Assembly: GCA_030141605.1 (NCBI GenBank)
Contig: JAQGDQ010001597.1
Span: 1 to 33,081 of the forward strand
Reading direction: 5' to 3'
From: Tubiluchus corallicola
Lineage: Eukaryota; Animalia; Priapulida
Length of the DNA: 33,081 bases
Positions within the stretch are counted from its first letter, which is position 1; every line of letters begins with the position of its first letter. Position numbers and translations under genes: made by a program. Positions 11,285-25,320 of this stretch are shown here, piece after piece. The notes below the pieces were generated by a model, which saw only the letters and a list, made by a program, of their open reading frames with translations, was not told where the DNA came from and did not search any database.

Positions 11285-11666
11285 CCCTTTCATACCCGTT
11301 GTATCCCGTGGGATACGAGAATATTTTCTGCCTTTAAAATTAATAAAATTTTAAAACTGACAGTTATTTGATCTGTTAATAGTTATTTTGATTTAAGCCA
11401 ATAACAATAGACTAAAAATAGTGATAAAATGGCAAACTAGAAAATCTACATGGCATAAAAAACTGCGCAAGGTACAGTGCTTTAGAGACGACTTTGTATA
11501 GATCAGCATAGCGTGCATACTAAATGTCTTGAATACTTTAAAAAATTATCAGCAGTTGCAAAATGAAGCACATTTTATGCTTCCACTGAATCACAATGTA
11601 TCCCGTGGGATACAGGCTATATTTAGCACGCGGGCACAGGTAGAAAAATAATTATTATTTTGAACA
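11285..11666 (-). mobile_element. piggyBac-like MITE, copy C (one end missing)
   Basis: TTAA|CCCTTTCATACCCG start; colinear with copy B up to attattttgaaca, then similarity stops. Confidence 0.88.
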
Positions 11667-11812
11667 CTTTTTTTCATATTATAATATTGTAATTAATCTT
11701 TGTTACTTAATAACAATAATTTTCTTCTTCTTCTTCTTTATCTCTACTATCTTGTTGTTTAATCCGTTGATTCTACTATTTAAACAAATATTCACATGAA
11801 AAGCCTTCTTAC

Positions 11813-11863
11813 CTGCTTTAATCGCCTCCATTTTGCTCTTCTATTCTGGAACCAGGTTTTTAC
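11813..11863 (-). CDS. Hhex: Hhex coding exon 3 (51 nt), homeodomain helix 3
   Basis: Encodes VKTWFQNRRAKWRRLKQ. Acceptor is a T-run followed by cgcgcag|GTA; donor CAG|gtaaga; phase 0 on both sides, in frame with exon 2. Too short to appear in the ORF track. Confidence 0.97.
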
Positions 11864-12329
11864 CTGCGCGAAAAAAAAACGCAAAAATTCTCATTAGAAC
11901 AACACAGGTATCACAGGTGTGCTAAACCCAATCGAAACAGGATACAATCGATTACGGAAGAGGTGCTTATTTATATAGGCGCTACACGAGAGCGAAATGC
12001 CAATCATTCGGCAATTTATGGGCAAATCGTAATAACATAATGGCAGGAAACAATTCAGATGGGATGACAAAACGGTTTTTCTAACAGTCTAATGGTATTT
12101 GGACACGTGGTCAAATGGCTTAGATATTTCTGCATTATTCGCCTATTTTAGGCAATTTTTTGGTAATTGTGCATGTTGTATTGGGACAGAAGTGTGCTGC
12201 TTTTGCGGCTTGTTGAAGCAATTTGTTTGATTTTTCTATTACAGGCGCCTGGACGAGGGTTAACCGTTTCTGTAAAATATAGCGTTAACCAACGCTTTGT
12301 GAGAATCTAATGAAAAAATAATATTCATA

Positions 12330-12652
12330 CTAGCACCCCCTCCCCCCCCCCTCAGCCCGTTCACGTTCTTCAGATCTCAGACGTATAAGTTTTGCAAAAA
12401 ACGGCCGAAAAATGGCCATTTTTGTAGGTTTTTTGCCCCCCGTTCCTCGCGGTGGGCCCGATTCGAAAAATAAACCCCCAATGGCACGACACTAGATCGA
12501 GACCTTTCGTTTGATGTATAGATCGTCGCTAATAGTGCCGTCGTTGGAGCTGTAGCCTCAAATCTTATATATATATATATATATTGGTATATATTCGAGT
12601 TTAATTCTACTGGTATATATATATATATATACCAGTAGAATTAATATATAGA
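12330..12652 (-). mobile_element. Possible non-autonomous Helitron-like element
   Basis: Minus strand reads A|TCTATATAT ... CTAG|T around a GC-richer body. No clear 3' hairpin and only one copy. Confidence 0.3.
12601..12644. repeat. Perfect 44-bp palindrome centred on (TA)9
   Basis: ttaattctactgg-(ta)9-ccagtagaattaa. Confidence 0.9.
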
Positions 12653-12901
12653 TTAATATATAAATTATATATTAATATATGTATTTTGCATAACTGATAA
12701 CTGATATTTTGACGATATTCAAAGGCGTTTCACAAAAATATCTAAAATCATCACGACGGACTGAAAAAGGTTTACGAGATTAAACAGTAATCCTACTGAA
12801 TTTCATAAAATTACAATAAGTAAATTCATCAAAAACACACAGAATAACAAAATACGAGCATGTAACGGCAAATCAAAATTTCTGTTACTTCAAAGATTAT
12901 T

Positions 12902-13192
12902 TTCTAACTTAAATAAGTCCGTTTTAATCTGTATTTTAAAAATTTTAGTGCTCAACAATGTCTTGATGTGAATAGGCAGGCTTTTTCACATAGAGTTGGT
13001 ATGGCAACAGCCTATCACCCATAGTGGAACAGGTCCTGCAACAGCAAATGTTTTATCACACATAGTGGAACAGGTCCTGCAACAGCAAATGACCTATCTC
13101 CCATAGTGGAACCGGTCCTGCAACAACAAATGACCTATCACCCATAGAGGAACAGGTCCTGCAACACAGTGGAACAGCGCACTCTAGAAACC
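12902..13192 (-). mobile_element. L2-clade LINE ORF2 C-terminal remnant
   Basis: Minus-strand pieces: VSRVRCST, TMGDRSFAVAGP, KSLPIHIKTLLSTKIFKIQIKTDLF. These match the L2 pattern GxRAFSxAAPxLWNxLP...FKxxLKTxLF. Confidence 0.75.
13011..13166. repeat. Minisatellite, about 4 x 41 bp
   Basis: catag(t/a)ggaac at 13020, 13061, 13102, 13143. Confidence 0.92.
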
Positions 13193-13428
13193 TTAAAGGA
13201 CAAGAAACGACGTACCTGAAGTAGGTTTCAGAAAAATCACCTTAAAAAATTATATTACTTTATAGCTATTTTATGCGTATATCTCACTCGCATTGAAAGA
13301 ATTTTTGTTTGTTTTCATTTTAAATCTCCCTCAATACTGTTCCGACGACGCAAACGTAAATCAGGGGAAGAAAAGGCAATCTTAGATTGTGTCTCAAAAA
13401 ACTTTCCTTACAGATCTATATTACTAAG
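13193..13428 (+). mobile_element. Kolobok/T2-like element, left end
   Basis: Starts TTAA-AGGACAAG; homologous to 5793-6050. Confidence 0.6.
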
Positions 13429-13789
13429 TGTAAATAGTTAAATAGTTATATGCTTTGGAAATCACACAGCTTTTGATTGAAAATTTTATTGAAGGTGAGA
13501 TGCACCTTCCGTGTTGATAAACGCATCGCTTCCTCGCAAATATAGACAAAAAATTCGAAAAAAAACCGGCGGATGGATACTTCATTCTGAAAGTAGGTCT
13601 GGGTCAATGGCGCATTGTGATTTTTTGCTTCCAAAAACTTTAATTAGATATAAATAAATAATACATCGACAAAATTGAGAGTTGCCTACAGTTGAAGGTT
13701 GGAAATATTGATGCAAAAAAACTAGACATCATAAACCTGACGTTTAAAGTATAGAGCTTTAAAAAACCTTTCAAATTAAACTCTCACTG

Positions 13790-13792
<3 letters not shown>

Positions 13793-13877
<85 letters not shown>

Positions 13878-14047
13878 ATCTTTATTTGCCATTAAAATAC
13901 CTTGATAATCACTGATAAAAATTTACAGAGATGATCAATCAGTGTTAGTTAATAAAAACTTACACTGCTAAAGGCAAATGCGTCAGTGCAATCTAAACTA
14001 CTTTGCAGTAATGGAAAGTAACGACGAATAAAATCAAACATATTTAC
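13793..14047 (-). mobile_element. LINE family A 3' end with expanded (TA)n tail
   Basis: (TA)n at about 13793-13873, followed by the reverse complement of about 18438-18612. Confidence 0.85.
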
Positions 14048-14555
14048 AACTAAAATGAAAAAAATTATGATTTAATTAATATGGCCGTGGATATATAAAT
14101 ACTGAATTAGTGCGTATGTTGTCGTACTGGTGTGATGGTATTTCATATCTGGTTAATATTAGTGATTTTAATTTTGTTTTGAATAATATAAGAGTTTACA
14201 ACTTAAAGTACAACTCTCATTACGAATTTTCAATTTATTTCATTATAAACTTACTGTAAAACTTGGTATTTTGATTTTTTATCACTTCGTTGTCAGCGGT
14301 ATTAAATTTGAAGAACAACCGTTTTTCGTTGCGCGAGACGAATGACGTAATGTGTGCAGTCACGAGGTCACAAAAGATCTGTAAACAAACATCGGTAACC
14401 AAAGACGCTTTCTGTACCTCGTACGTCATTCTTGCTCACTCGTGTCAAAGACGTGAAACATGGCGACTTTTACGGCAATGCACGTGTGCGAGATTCACCA
14501 GAAAAAGGCAACTTATTTAATTTATAACTCTCTCATGCTTAATAATAACTATATT

Positions 14556-14950
14556 TATATATATATATTAATTCTTTATTTCTCGTTAAAATGGTTCAGT
14601 CATTATAATAAAATTGAGTAAGCCTCAGCGTAATGTTAAAATAACAACACTTTTCAAGACAAATGTGTCCATTTCATACTAAAAAAAACTAAAGTGCAAA
14701 ACTAAGGCATAATTATATACAATAAATGAACATATTTACAAACACCATATTAAAATATTTTTACAAAACAATATTACAAAAGTACATTAAATTTTACTTG
14801 ACGTATTTTACACTATATATACATTTGACATGACACAATTAACAGAAACATGCTTTACATTACATAAATTTCACTCATTACATTTACACTATTTACACAT
14901 TTGACATTCTAAAACTAACATAACACGTATTAGATTACATAATTTTTTAA
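14556..14950 (-). mobile_element. Retroposon 3' end, family B, copy 2
   Basis: Closely matches 3700-4095 in the same orientation. Confidence 0.75.
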
Positions 14951-15570
14951 AATTTTTTACATTTTTGATCGTTTTATGGAGTCAGGGGCGATGCGTTAAA
15001 GAAACTTCAATGTCTGATGGGGTTATGTACCTCGTGAGAGCAGGCTGTCTTTGTGGAGAAATTCAGATAGAAGCAGGTCGTTGGACAAATGTACCTCGCG
15101 AGTGCAGGCGGTATCTTTGTGGAAAAATTCAGACAGAAGAGCATTTTTTGTGCGAGTGCCATGAAAATGGACTTTATAGATCACTTTACGCGTTAAATTA
15201 TAGTAATATTGCAAATTTATTTGACGGATGATTTATGTCAATTGGAAGTTTCATTTACGACTGTATGCATAGATTTTTGAATTAAATAGTATAGCTTTGT
15301 TAGCGCACACATAACCACATTATTGAGATTATCAATTAGGTAAAATATTTGTTTATCACATGTGTACAAATGCTTAGTAAATAGTTTTTTCGCTTCACGG
15401 AGTTTACAACTAAATTTGTATATCTGTGTATATACCTTGTGCAGCTAAGTTTGAGTCAAATTGTTAGTATGATCTGGAAATCATTACCCGAGTTCTGCCC
15501 GCTGATAAAACCATCGGGTATGCGTCGAGTTTGTAATTTTCGTGTTGGAAATTTGATTTTCAGAAATAAA

Positions 15571-16552
<982 letters not shown>

Positions 16553-17519
16553 TTAAAATCTTAAATTCACGTGCGTTCTTGAAACTTCAAAACCGGATAA
16601 GTTTTTTTCATCAACATTTCCTCACTGTTTCCGACTAATCTCGGATGAATCACCAATGCTAATAGCTCTTCTATAACTCTATAATAACTCACTTAGTCTT
16701 GTATAATTATATAACAAGCGTTTGATATCCGCTCACGAACCTACAAAAACTGAACGCGATGGATTTGTGAAAGTAGTTCGGCTGTAGAAAAAACTCCGCT
16801 CTCTCACGAACAACCTTTCGGCTGTAATTGCTGCTCTACAAGATCTGACAATGGTAGCGTTTGTGGCCAAATTTTATATAATAATCTGGCGTAATTTATT
16901 AATAATGCGAAGGATTTGCTGAACTGATAGTAATGAGACGAAATAAAAGCTAATTGAATTAAATGCTACCTCTAAACATTTCACGAAAATAACGATACAC
17001 GTTAAATTACCGAAGATTTTGAAAAGAGTAGTCACAGATTACTGAGTAATGTAACTATTCAAATCTGCGCATGCGTGGTACTTTAAATCTATGTCAACTC
17101 TGGAAACTTAGTGCATCAGACAGTTAAAAAGTGGTAAGGCAGACATATTTAGATGAGTAATTCATAGTTTGAGAAGTATGAGCTACTAAACTACAGCGCA
17201 CTCAGTTTGTGTAGTTACTCATACTTGTGAAAAGCTTAACTTTTGCCATAAAGTTACTATTTTCGAGTAACAAATCGTTTTTAGTACGAAGTTAGTTTTT
17301 TCTATACATGGCTATTCTTCTGTAAGCATATAAAGTTACTAATTATTGTAAACATCAATTAAAAACGAAATGACTAATTTTGCTTGGTTTACTAATTTCA
17401 AATATAATCATTCTCCTCATATATATTAATTTCGAATTCTTTAACATTGTGAAAATTAAGTTCTTACGTTTAAGAACCAAGCTACTCAGTTTAAGAAGCA
17501 GAATACTCATTTTGAAGCA

Positions 17520-17852
17520 CAAGCTGCTTAAAGCACAAGAAAACCCTTCATAAACATCAAGCTTAAAAAATTCGTCTTGAAATATTATATCACTTACATC
17601 CTGCCTTTTTGCGTGCAGGACTTCAACTGGCAGTAACGCTGTATAAAACATGTAAATTTAAACTCCCGCGATGACCGTTAGACGCAGCCATTTTCATGAC
17701 AGGTTATTTGAAACAAGTTTAGATAACATTTTGCAAAGTTTTAAAACAATCAGAGCATTCGTAGCGCACAAATCACTAACTAAATAAAATTTAAAACTAC
17801 TGTATCTTGTCAATAAGATTAAAAATACGTTTTTTTTTTGCTTAGTGAGTGG
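17520..17852 (-). repeat. Dispersed repeat family X fragment
   Basis: Reverse-complement similarity to 6110-6262, 24584-24820 and 28354-28531. Confidence 0.65.
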
Positions 17853-18117
17853 TAGATAGCTAATTAGATAGCTAATTTTGTAATATTTTTGCATGAACAT
17901 TAGGTAAGCTGCAGAAGTTTGAATTAGTTTAAGTTATAGCTAAAAGTTAAAACAATTCTTCGTACAAGAAACACTTTAACTGCAACCCAGTAACTAAAGA
18001 AGCCATGCAGCAGGTGAGAAAATATTTAATTATTGAAATTCTAAATTTGTAAATTTTAAACAGTACTATTAGACCTGAAAATAACCAGCTTCTGCGTTAA
18101 AAATTTACGATTCCTTT

Positions 18118-18622
18118 GTGCTGGGAGGGCAGCAATCCAACGCCCCTACAAATCCTATCATTAATTCCAGAACAAGCAATCTAAAACAAATTAGTACAAA
18201 TACCCACTATGGAACGAACTCTGTAATCAAACAAGCAACTCTACTTTGGAATTCTCTACCATTACAGGTTAAACAAATCAAGTCCCTATCAGCATTTAAA
18301 ACAAAATTAAAATCACTAATATTAACCAGATATGAAATAACATCACACCAGTACGACAACATACACACTAATTCAGAATTTGTATATCCACGGCCATATT
18401 AATTAAATCTTAATTTTTTCATTTTTTGTGCATAGTTGTAAATATGTTTGATTTTATTCGTCGTTACTTTCCATTATTGCACAGTAGTTTAGATTGCACT
18501 GACGCATTTGCCTTTAGCAGTGTAAGTTTTTATTAACTAACACTGATTGATCATCTCTGTAAAGTTTTTACCAGTGATTATCAATGTATTTTAATGGCAA
18601 ATAAAGATTATTATATATATAT
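18118..18622 (+). mobile_element. LINE family A (CR1/L2 group), longest copy: ORF2 C-terminus, 3' UTR and (TA)n tail
   Basis: ORF 18118-18402 contains QATLLWNSLPLQVKQIKSLSAFKTKLKSLIL, the typical WNxLP...FKxxLK end of ORF2. Three more copies of the 3' end are in the window. The 5' boundary is approximate. Confidence 0.88.
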
Positions 18623-18670
18623 AGATGAGTAACTAACTCGGGTACACGCAACTGTACGTAACTGTAGTAC

Positions 18671-18855
18671 CTGCCGTTCAGTTAACTGTAGCAATTTTGC
18701 CAGTCGTTTCCGTTCTGGCGGTGAGAGATACTTTTGCGCTTCGAATTTTTTCTCCAACTCCACTGTCTGGTCGTTTGAGAATCGCACCTGCCCTCCCTTC
18801 CTCTTGTGAAGCGGTCTTTGGAAAAAGGGACTCCATAACAACGGTTTCATTCCAG
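18671..18855 (-). CDS. Hhex: Hhex (haematopoietically expressed homeobox / PRH) coding exon 2, N-terminal part of homeodomain
   Basis: Translates (2 nt)+[61 protein letters not shown], near-identical to vertebrate [63 protein letters not shown]. Acceptor tttctaaatttcag|CT (phase 1); donor CAG|gtacta. Confidence 0.97.
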
Positions 18856-18950
18856 CTGAAATTTAGAAATATTGATTTTTAGTTCAGGAAAGTAACATAA
18901 TTGTGTCACGTGATTTTATTACCAAATCACACTGCGGTTCAACAACTAAT

Positions 18951-19500
18951 TTAAAGGAAAGATCAAGCTTTCTGGAAATCTAGGCTTATTTCAATGCTCG
19001 AGAAAAATGTTAGAAGGATTTAGTAATAAAATTGCAATAAGCGCCTCGTGTAACTAGTAAAATCACTTTAAAGTCACGATCACTTCATGCTTGATCGCTC
19101 CCATTTTCAGTGCCCATTCTTCCTCCAATGACGTCATTCGTCCTAAAGAAAAATAGCGCGCTGTCAAACTTCGTCAATAGTATAATAAGTTTTCAGAAAA
19201 AAATCAGATAACTAATTTTGTAACACGTTTGCGTCAACATTAGCTAAGCTGCAAAATTTTGAATTAGTTTAAGCAGCGGGCGCTTACGGAAAGCCACGAC
19301 GCGCTTACGAAAAGTCACGAAGTCTCCCACTTACGTCATGATTTTCAAGTAAATGTCGGTCTGGAAATTTCGATGCAGCGGCAGTATATTTCCAATTTAT
19401 GCATTATAGACAGTTTTGAGCAAATTTCTTTGTTATATTGTGCTGTTATATAACAGTAAAATAAACCGCACCATACTGAGTGACTTGTTCTTTCCTTTAA
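18951..19500 (+). mobile_element. Kolobok/T2-like MITE (TTAA included)
   Basis: TTAA|AGGAAAGATCAAG ... CTTGTTCTTTCCT|TTAA terminal inverted repeats. Confidence 0.8.
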
Positions 19501-19825
19501 TAAAAGAAAGCAAGGTATCTGTAAACAGTTACTGTAATCTACTGATAGTATGTATCTAAATATTTATGTAAAATTATGCTAATAATTAGTATTAAATATG
19601 CTATTATATATTATTATAATGCTGTTAATTATGACAGATAAAAATTGATTAGAAATTAGAGATTAACGGTGATGATTGTGTAGCGAACTGTAATGATTAT
19701 TTATTAAAATTTCCATCGATTTTGTTGTGGTCAAGGGCAGGGCTAGTCAACTATTTAAACGCTCTTGCGTAGGTGTTGAGTCTGCATAATTTTATAGGGG
19801 TCTTTTTGTATGCGAAAAAAAAAAT

Positions 19826-20305
<480 letters not shown>

Positions 20306-20517
20306 GATTTATTTTCACTTTTTAAAACTTTTATTTTTTCTTTGTTGTCATATTTATTTATTACATGTAATAAGTAAAATTCGCTCTCGTGTTACGCTAA
20401 CGAAGAAGCCAATTTATTCGTATTCTTATTTAAGATTGCATGACAATTGGATTTTAATAAAAATATCTGGTTTTCAGAAAACTGCTGTAAAATTGCACGG
20501 AAAATCATTTTCTTCAA

Positions 20518-20907
<390 letters not shown>

Positions 20908-21388
20908 ACGTTACAATTTTGCAATTTTTAAGTAAAGTGTAGTAGTACTGCAGTCACTTCAAACATGTTTTATTACATGTACCCATATGCTTAATATCGA
21001 AGATGTTAACCGTTCTATTTTAGTATACAATGTTCGATAACCAATTCGGTTACATGCGCAGGCGGTCTGCGCATGTGCTGACAAGACGCGTCCATCATCC
21101 TTTGATCACCGTCTTACCCTAGCAGGTTAATGATATTCGTGTATAGTGGTGTGAGAAAGAGAGGCAATTGTACACGAAAAATACCAATAACACAGCCCCC
21201 TGTATGCCTAGCATTACGTGTAAATACGGTTGAGCATGCAGAGTCAGATAAGTAAATAGACATATCCACTTTTTCATAAAGACGTCTCTGTCTTACGAAG
21301 GCTAGTGGATTCGCTACAGCAATTATGCCATATTTTGACTTAAAATAACGATACGTTGGCTAATCCGTCAAATCGCTTAGTGGGGCTA

Positions 21389-21758
21389 GCGAGTGGAACC
21401 ACTCAGGGGGGCGTATCCATGCGAGTGGAACCGCTCAGGGGGCGTATCCATGCGAGTGGAACCGCTTAGGGGGCGCATCCATGCGAGTGGTAGCACTCAG
21501 GGGGCGTATCCATGCGAGTGGTAGCACTCAGGGGCGTATCCATGTGAGTGGAAGCACTCCGGGGGCGTATCCGTGCGAGTGGGAGCACCCAGGGGGCGCA
21601 TCCGTGCGAGTGGGAGCACTCAGGGGGCGTATCCATGCGAGTGGGAGCACCCAGGGGGCGTATCCATGCGAGTGGAAGCACTCCGGGGGCGTATCTATGC
21701 GAGTGGAAGCGCTCAGGGGCGTATCCATGCGAGTGGAACCACTCAGGGGCGTAGCCAT
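21389..21758. repeat. GC-rich minisatellite, about 12 x 30-31 bp
   Basis: Consensus gcgagtggaaccactcagggggcgtatccat with variable G-run length. Confidence 0.95.
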
Positions 21759-21996
21759 TAGGGGTGAGCATTCTCTACCGGAAAGCGAATTCGAATCGAA
21801 CCGAATTTGTGGCTTTCTAATTCGAATCGAACCGAACTTCAGCGTTTCGAGTTCGAATTGAGATCGAAAGATTTTCGAACAAGTTTTCGAACCACCAGTA
21901 AAAATTAGTCTTACAAAGATCATGCAGAATCTATAGTTTTAGATTCGAATAAAAAACTCGTTCGAATCGAACTCAAACGTTCGATGCTCACCCCTA
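21759..21996 (+). mobile_element. hAT-type MITE
   Basis: TIR TAGGGGTGAGCAT / ATGCTCACCCCTA; perfect 8-bp TSD GTAGCCAT at 21751-21758 and 21997-22004. Confidence 0.93.
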
Positions 21997-22482
21997 GTAG
22001 CCATACTCTGTCCTCCCACCCGAAAAAGAAGCCAGGAGATCCAAACTTTAGTAGGCTGCGGGTTTTTTCATTTTTTACAATGGTTTGTTTTCCATTATTA
22101 GTTGTACAGAAAATTTGAGAAACTACAAAAAATTAAAACTAGAAAAATTATCTACCAATAGCTAAATTAATCTGTTAAATAGCTTCTCAATTCATCTTTG
22201 TTTATTACACTACTTTACTATTGTTGTTGTTAGTAGATTGCTGTTAAGCTAATGCTCAATATTTTTCAAAAACGTATCGAAAAATCCCGGATCTAACCGT
22301 TCAACAAAAATACCCAAAAAAGTACGCTACGAAACCCAGCAAAAGGGTTGGTACAAAAAAACGTATGAAAAAATTACGAGGATTTATAAAGTGCTTTCTT
22401 ATGTGTTTATAATGCGTCGAGTTTTTGTTAAATCTCTCCAGAGAATGTAGGGGGCGCCAGGTGTGAGATCTCTTCTTCACAC

Positions 22483-22857
22483 CTCACCGAGAGCTCATCT
22501 AAATATAATGCTATTAAAATATGGCCATCAATTCCGCGTGAAATGAAAACTCTTAATCTTTATCAATTTAAAAAAAGCATCAAAGAATTACTTACTACAA
22601 CGGGTATAATTAACTCGCAATTTTACTCATTCTGATCTCAAGTTACCAACAAAACTTATTTTGTTCTAATGTACGTTATAACTGATGAAAATGTAATGTT
22701 AATTGTCAATTGTTTCACTTATCTGGAGGAGGACTCGAAAGCTCAATGCTCCTTCCCCCTCCTCACAGTAACTCGCATAGTTTATTTTTTTCAATGTTAT
22801 ATCAATTTATATGTATGTTTGAGTTGCTGTGGAATAAATTCATAATTCATAATTCAC
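22483..22857 (+). mobile_element. LINE 3' remnant (CR1/L2 group), different family
   Basis: LTESSSKYNAIKIWPSIPREMKTLNLYQFKKSIKELL ORF2-like tail; ends aataaa(ttcataa)2ttcac. Confidence 0.75.
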
Positions 22858-24054
22858 AACCAAATCCAAGTGTCTCTTAAAAGCGCAACTATGGGGTGCT
22901 CTGCGTGTTCGCCACCCGTTAGTTACGCCACTAAACCATTCTGCCTGTTCCACTGCACTTTTCCCATGCCTACCTAAGTAGATGTCAGATTAAACTTAGC
23001 TAGAAAACAATTACAGATTCTGTAACCAGTTTGTAATGGAAACTCGAAGGCTGTGTCGGCCATTACGCCATTACAAGTCCTTGAATGCTATTACCGGGGG
23101 TCGAGTGGAAATCTGCTGGCCTATTAGAGGCGATATTGTTATCGTAATGTTTCAACAACGAGTCATAATTGCGGGTGAATTGGAGGCTTTGTTCCTGCCA
23201 AAGACCTGCTCTTTTTAACACGTTGAGAAAGAAGCGTGATCGTCTAAAGATATTAGCAGTAATAAGTCGTTTCCGTCAGCCTGAAATCACTCGAGTTGTT
23301 ATTGTTGAGATTATCAAAGGTTTCTGCTATCAAACAAGCTATTATTACACTGATTATCAAAGGGAAAATAACGCGATCAAAATAACCATATTAAGTTGTA
23401 ATTTCTCAGTCGAATTTGGCTACATTATCTTGAGTAATAAATAAATAAAGCTTGTTTTCATAGAAAATAACATAATTACTGCGCGAATTAAGAAATTGCG
23501 CTTAACAAGCGGTCTGAAGTGGAATACAATGCAGTGTAATGAGCACTAGATGGGGCCACTTATGAAGACAATTCTTGCTGTTTTTTGCACCATTTCTGTT
23601 ATTCAACCAGCGCATTCTGGCGGTGATTTGTGTAATTGCGCTGCAGAATTAAGATAATCTAAGAAGAGGCGCCAGGTATTCTTCAATACCTCTATTGTGG
23701 TATCTCTAATAGGCTCAATTTATTTCAACGTGCTTGACCTAAGCTTTTCTGAGGAAACGATTAAAATTCAAACAAAAAGTATTTTATTGGATAATTCCTT
23801 ACTCTGCGCGAGGTCTCATTTTAACAGAAAGAGAAAGTGTTCATCGCCCTAGAATTATATTATGCTGAGCGATTATAACGACAACGACGACAACGATGGC
23901 GATGATGACGATGATGGCAATGATGATAATGGTGACGATTTATTACGATTAGTATAAACAGTAATTGGCACAATTAGCACAAATCTTCCCCTGTGTTTGC
24001 TATTGCCAGAGTAGATATGCATTATTTTATCATTGTTATGGCAGCCTTTATTAA

Positions 24055-24508
24055 CCCTTTCAGTCCCAAATTATTTTTTAATAAGAAAAAAATTGGCTTG
24101 GTACTTTTGTTCAGTATGTCCATCTTGTTTACACTTAATAATTATTTTTTCTACCTGTGCCCGCGTGCTAAATATAGCCTGTATCCCACGGGATACATTG
24201 GGATTGAATGGAAGCGTAAAATGTGCTTCATTTTGCAACTGCTGATAATTTTTTAAAGTATTTTAGACATTTAGTATGCATGCTATGCTGATCTGTACAA
24301 AGTCGTCTGTAAAGTACTGTACCTTGCACAGTTTTTATGCTATGTAGATTTTCTAGTTTGCCATTTTATCACCATTTTTAGTCTATTGTTATTGGCTTAT
24401 ATCAAAATAACTATTAACAGATCAAATAACTGTCAGTTTTAAAATTTTATTAATTTTAAAGATAGAAAATATTCTCGTATCCCACGGGATACAACGAGTA
24501 TGAAAGCG
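24055..24508 (+). mobile_element. piggyBac-like MITE, copy D
   Basis: TTAA|CCCTTTCA ... TGAAAGCG|TTAA (one TIR mismatch); colinear with copy A. Confidence 0.92.
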
Positions 24509-24583
24509 TTAACTACAACGGCAATAACGAGGCTTGTGTAACTGGAAAAGAAAATTCCCCAAAATTTAAAACATTCGTACCAC

Positions 24584-24820
24584 CTGGTAAAACGTCACTG
24601 ACCCACGCATCTTCCCAGTATGCACCACTGATTCACAAATGATTATTGATCTTATGGACAAGATAAAGTAATTTAAACTTTTGCTTAGTTAGAAAACAGT
24701 GCGCTACGAATGTTCTGATTTTTTTTCAAAATTTATACAATGTTATCTAAACTTGTTTCAAACGACGTCTAGCGGTCATTGTGAGAGTTTAAATTTACAA
24801 GTTTAAATGCTAACGCTAGC
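24584..24820 (+). repeat. Dispersed repeat family X fragment
   Basis: Shares gtgcgctacgaatg and gagtttaaatttaca blocks with the other family X copies. Confidence 0.65.
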
Positions 24821-25018
24821 TCTGTATGCAATAAGTCAGCATGTAAATATGTCACCGCACACTTTGGCTGTAGGGAGAGCTACGTATACAAAGCTCAGTC
24901 ATTCTGGACTGCACCCCCCCCCCTTTTTTTTCACTTACGAATTCCAGATGCAAATTCAATTTATTTCCTCCGTTGCCAATTGTTTACAAGTAACTCCGTG
25001 TGGGTTAGACAGACATTT

Positions 25019-25318
25019 TTAGTTGGTTTCTATGCTGCTAGCTACCCGTACCTACTTATATTACGCAAAAATAGTGAAAAATACGTGGTAAAAACTCAGT
25101 CACCGCCAAAACGTGTCTAGTCGTCGTTAGTACCTGGAGCCGCCACCAGGGTGTACGTGTCGACAACGAACAATACACATATTGTTAGTTAGTTTCTATG
25201 CTGCTAGCTACCTTTAACTGCTTATATTATGCAAAAATAATGAGAAATACATGGTAAAAACTGAGTAGCTCCTAGTACCTGGAGCCGCCACCAGGGTGTA
25301 CGTGTCGACTACGAGCAA
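25019..25318. repeat. Imperfect tandem duplication (about 150-170 bp)
   Basis: tttctatgctgctagctacc and tagtacctggagccgccaccagggtgtacgtgtcgac each occur twice. Confidence 0.85.
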
Positions 25319-25320
25319 TC

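Noticed and set aside
18611-18850. 79-aa ORF as a complete single-exon gene
   Set aside because: The homeodomain stops at ERQ at a GT donor and continues at 11863; the ORF tail is intron read-through.
21389-21758. CRISPR-like array or repeat protein
   Set aside because: Units are directly adjacent with no unique spacers, there are no cas genes, the context is eukaryotic, and variable unit length breaks the frame.
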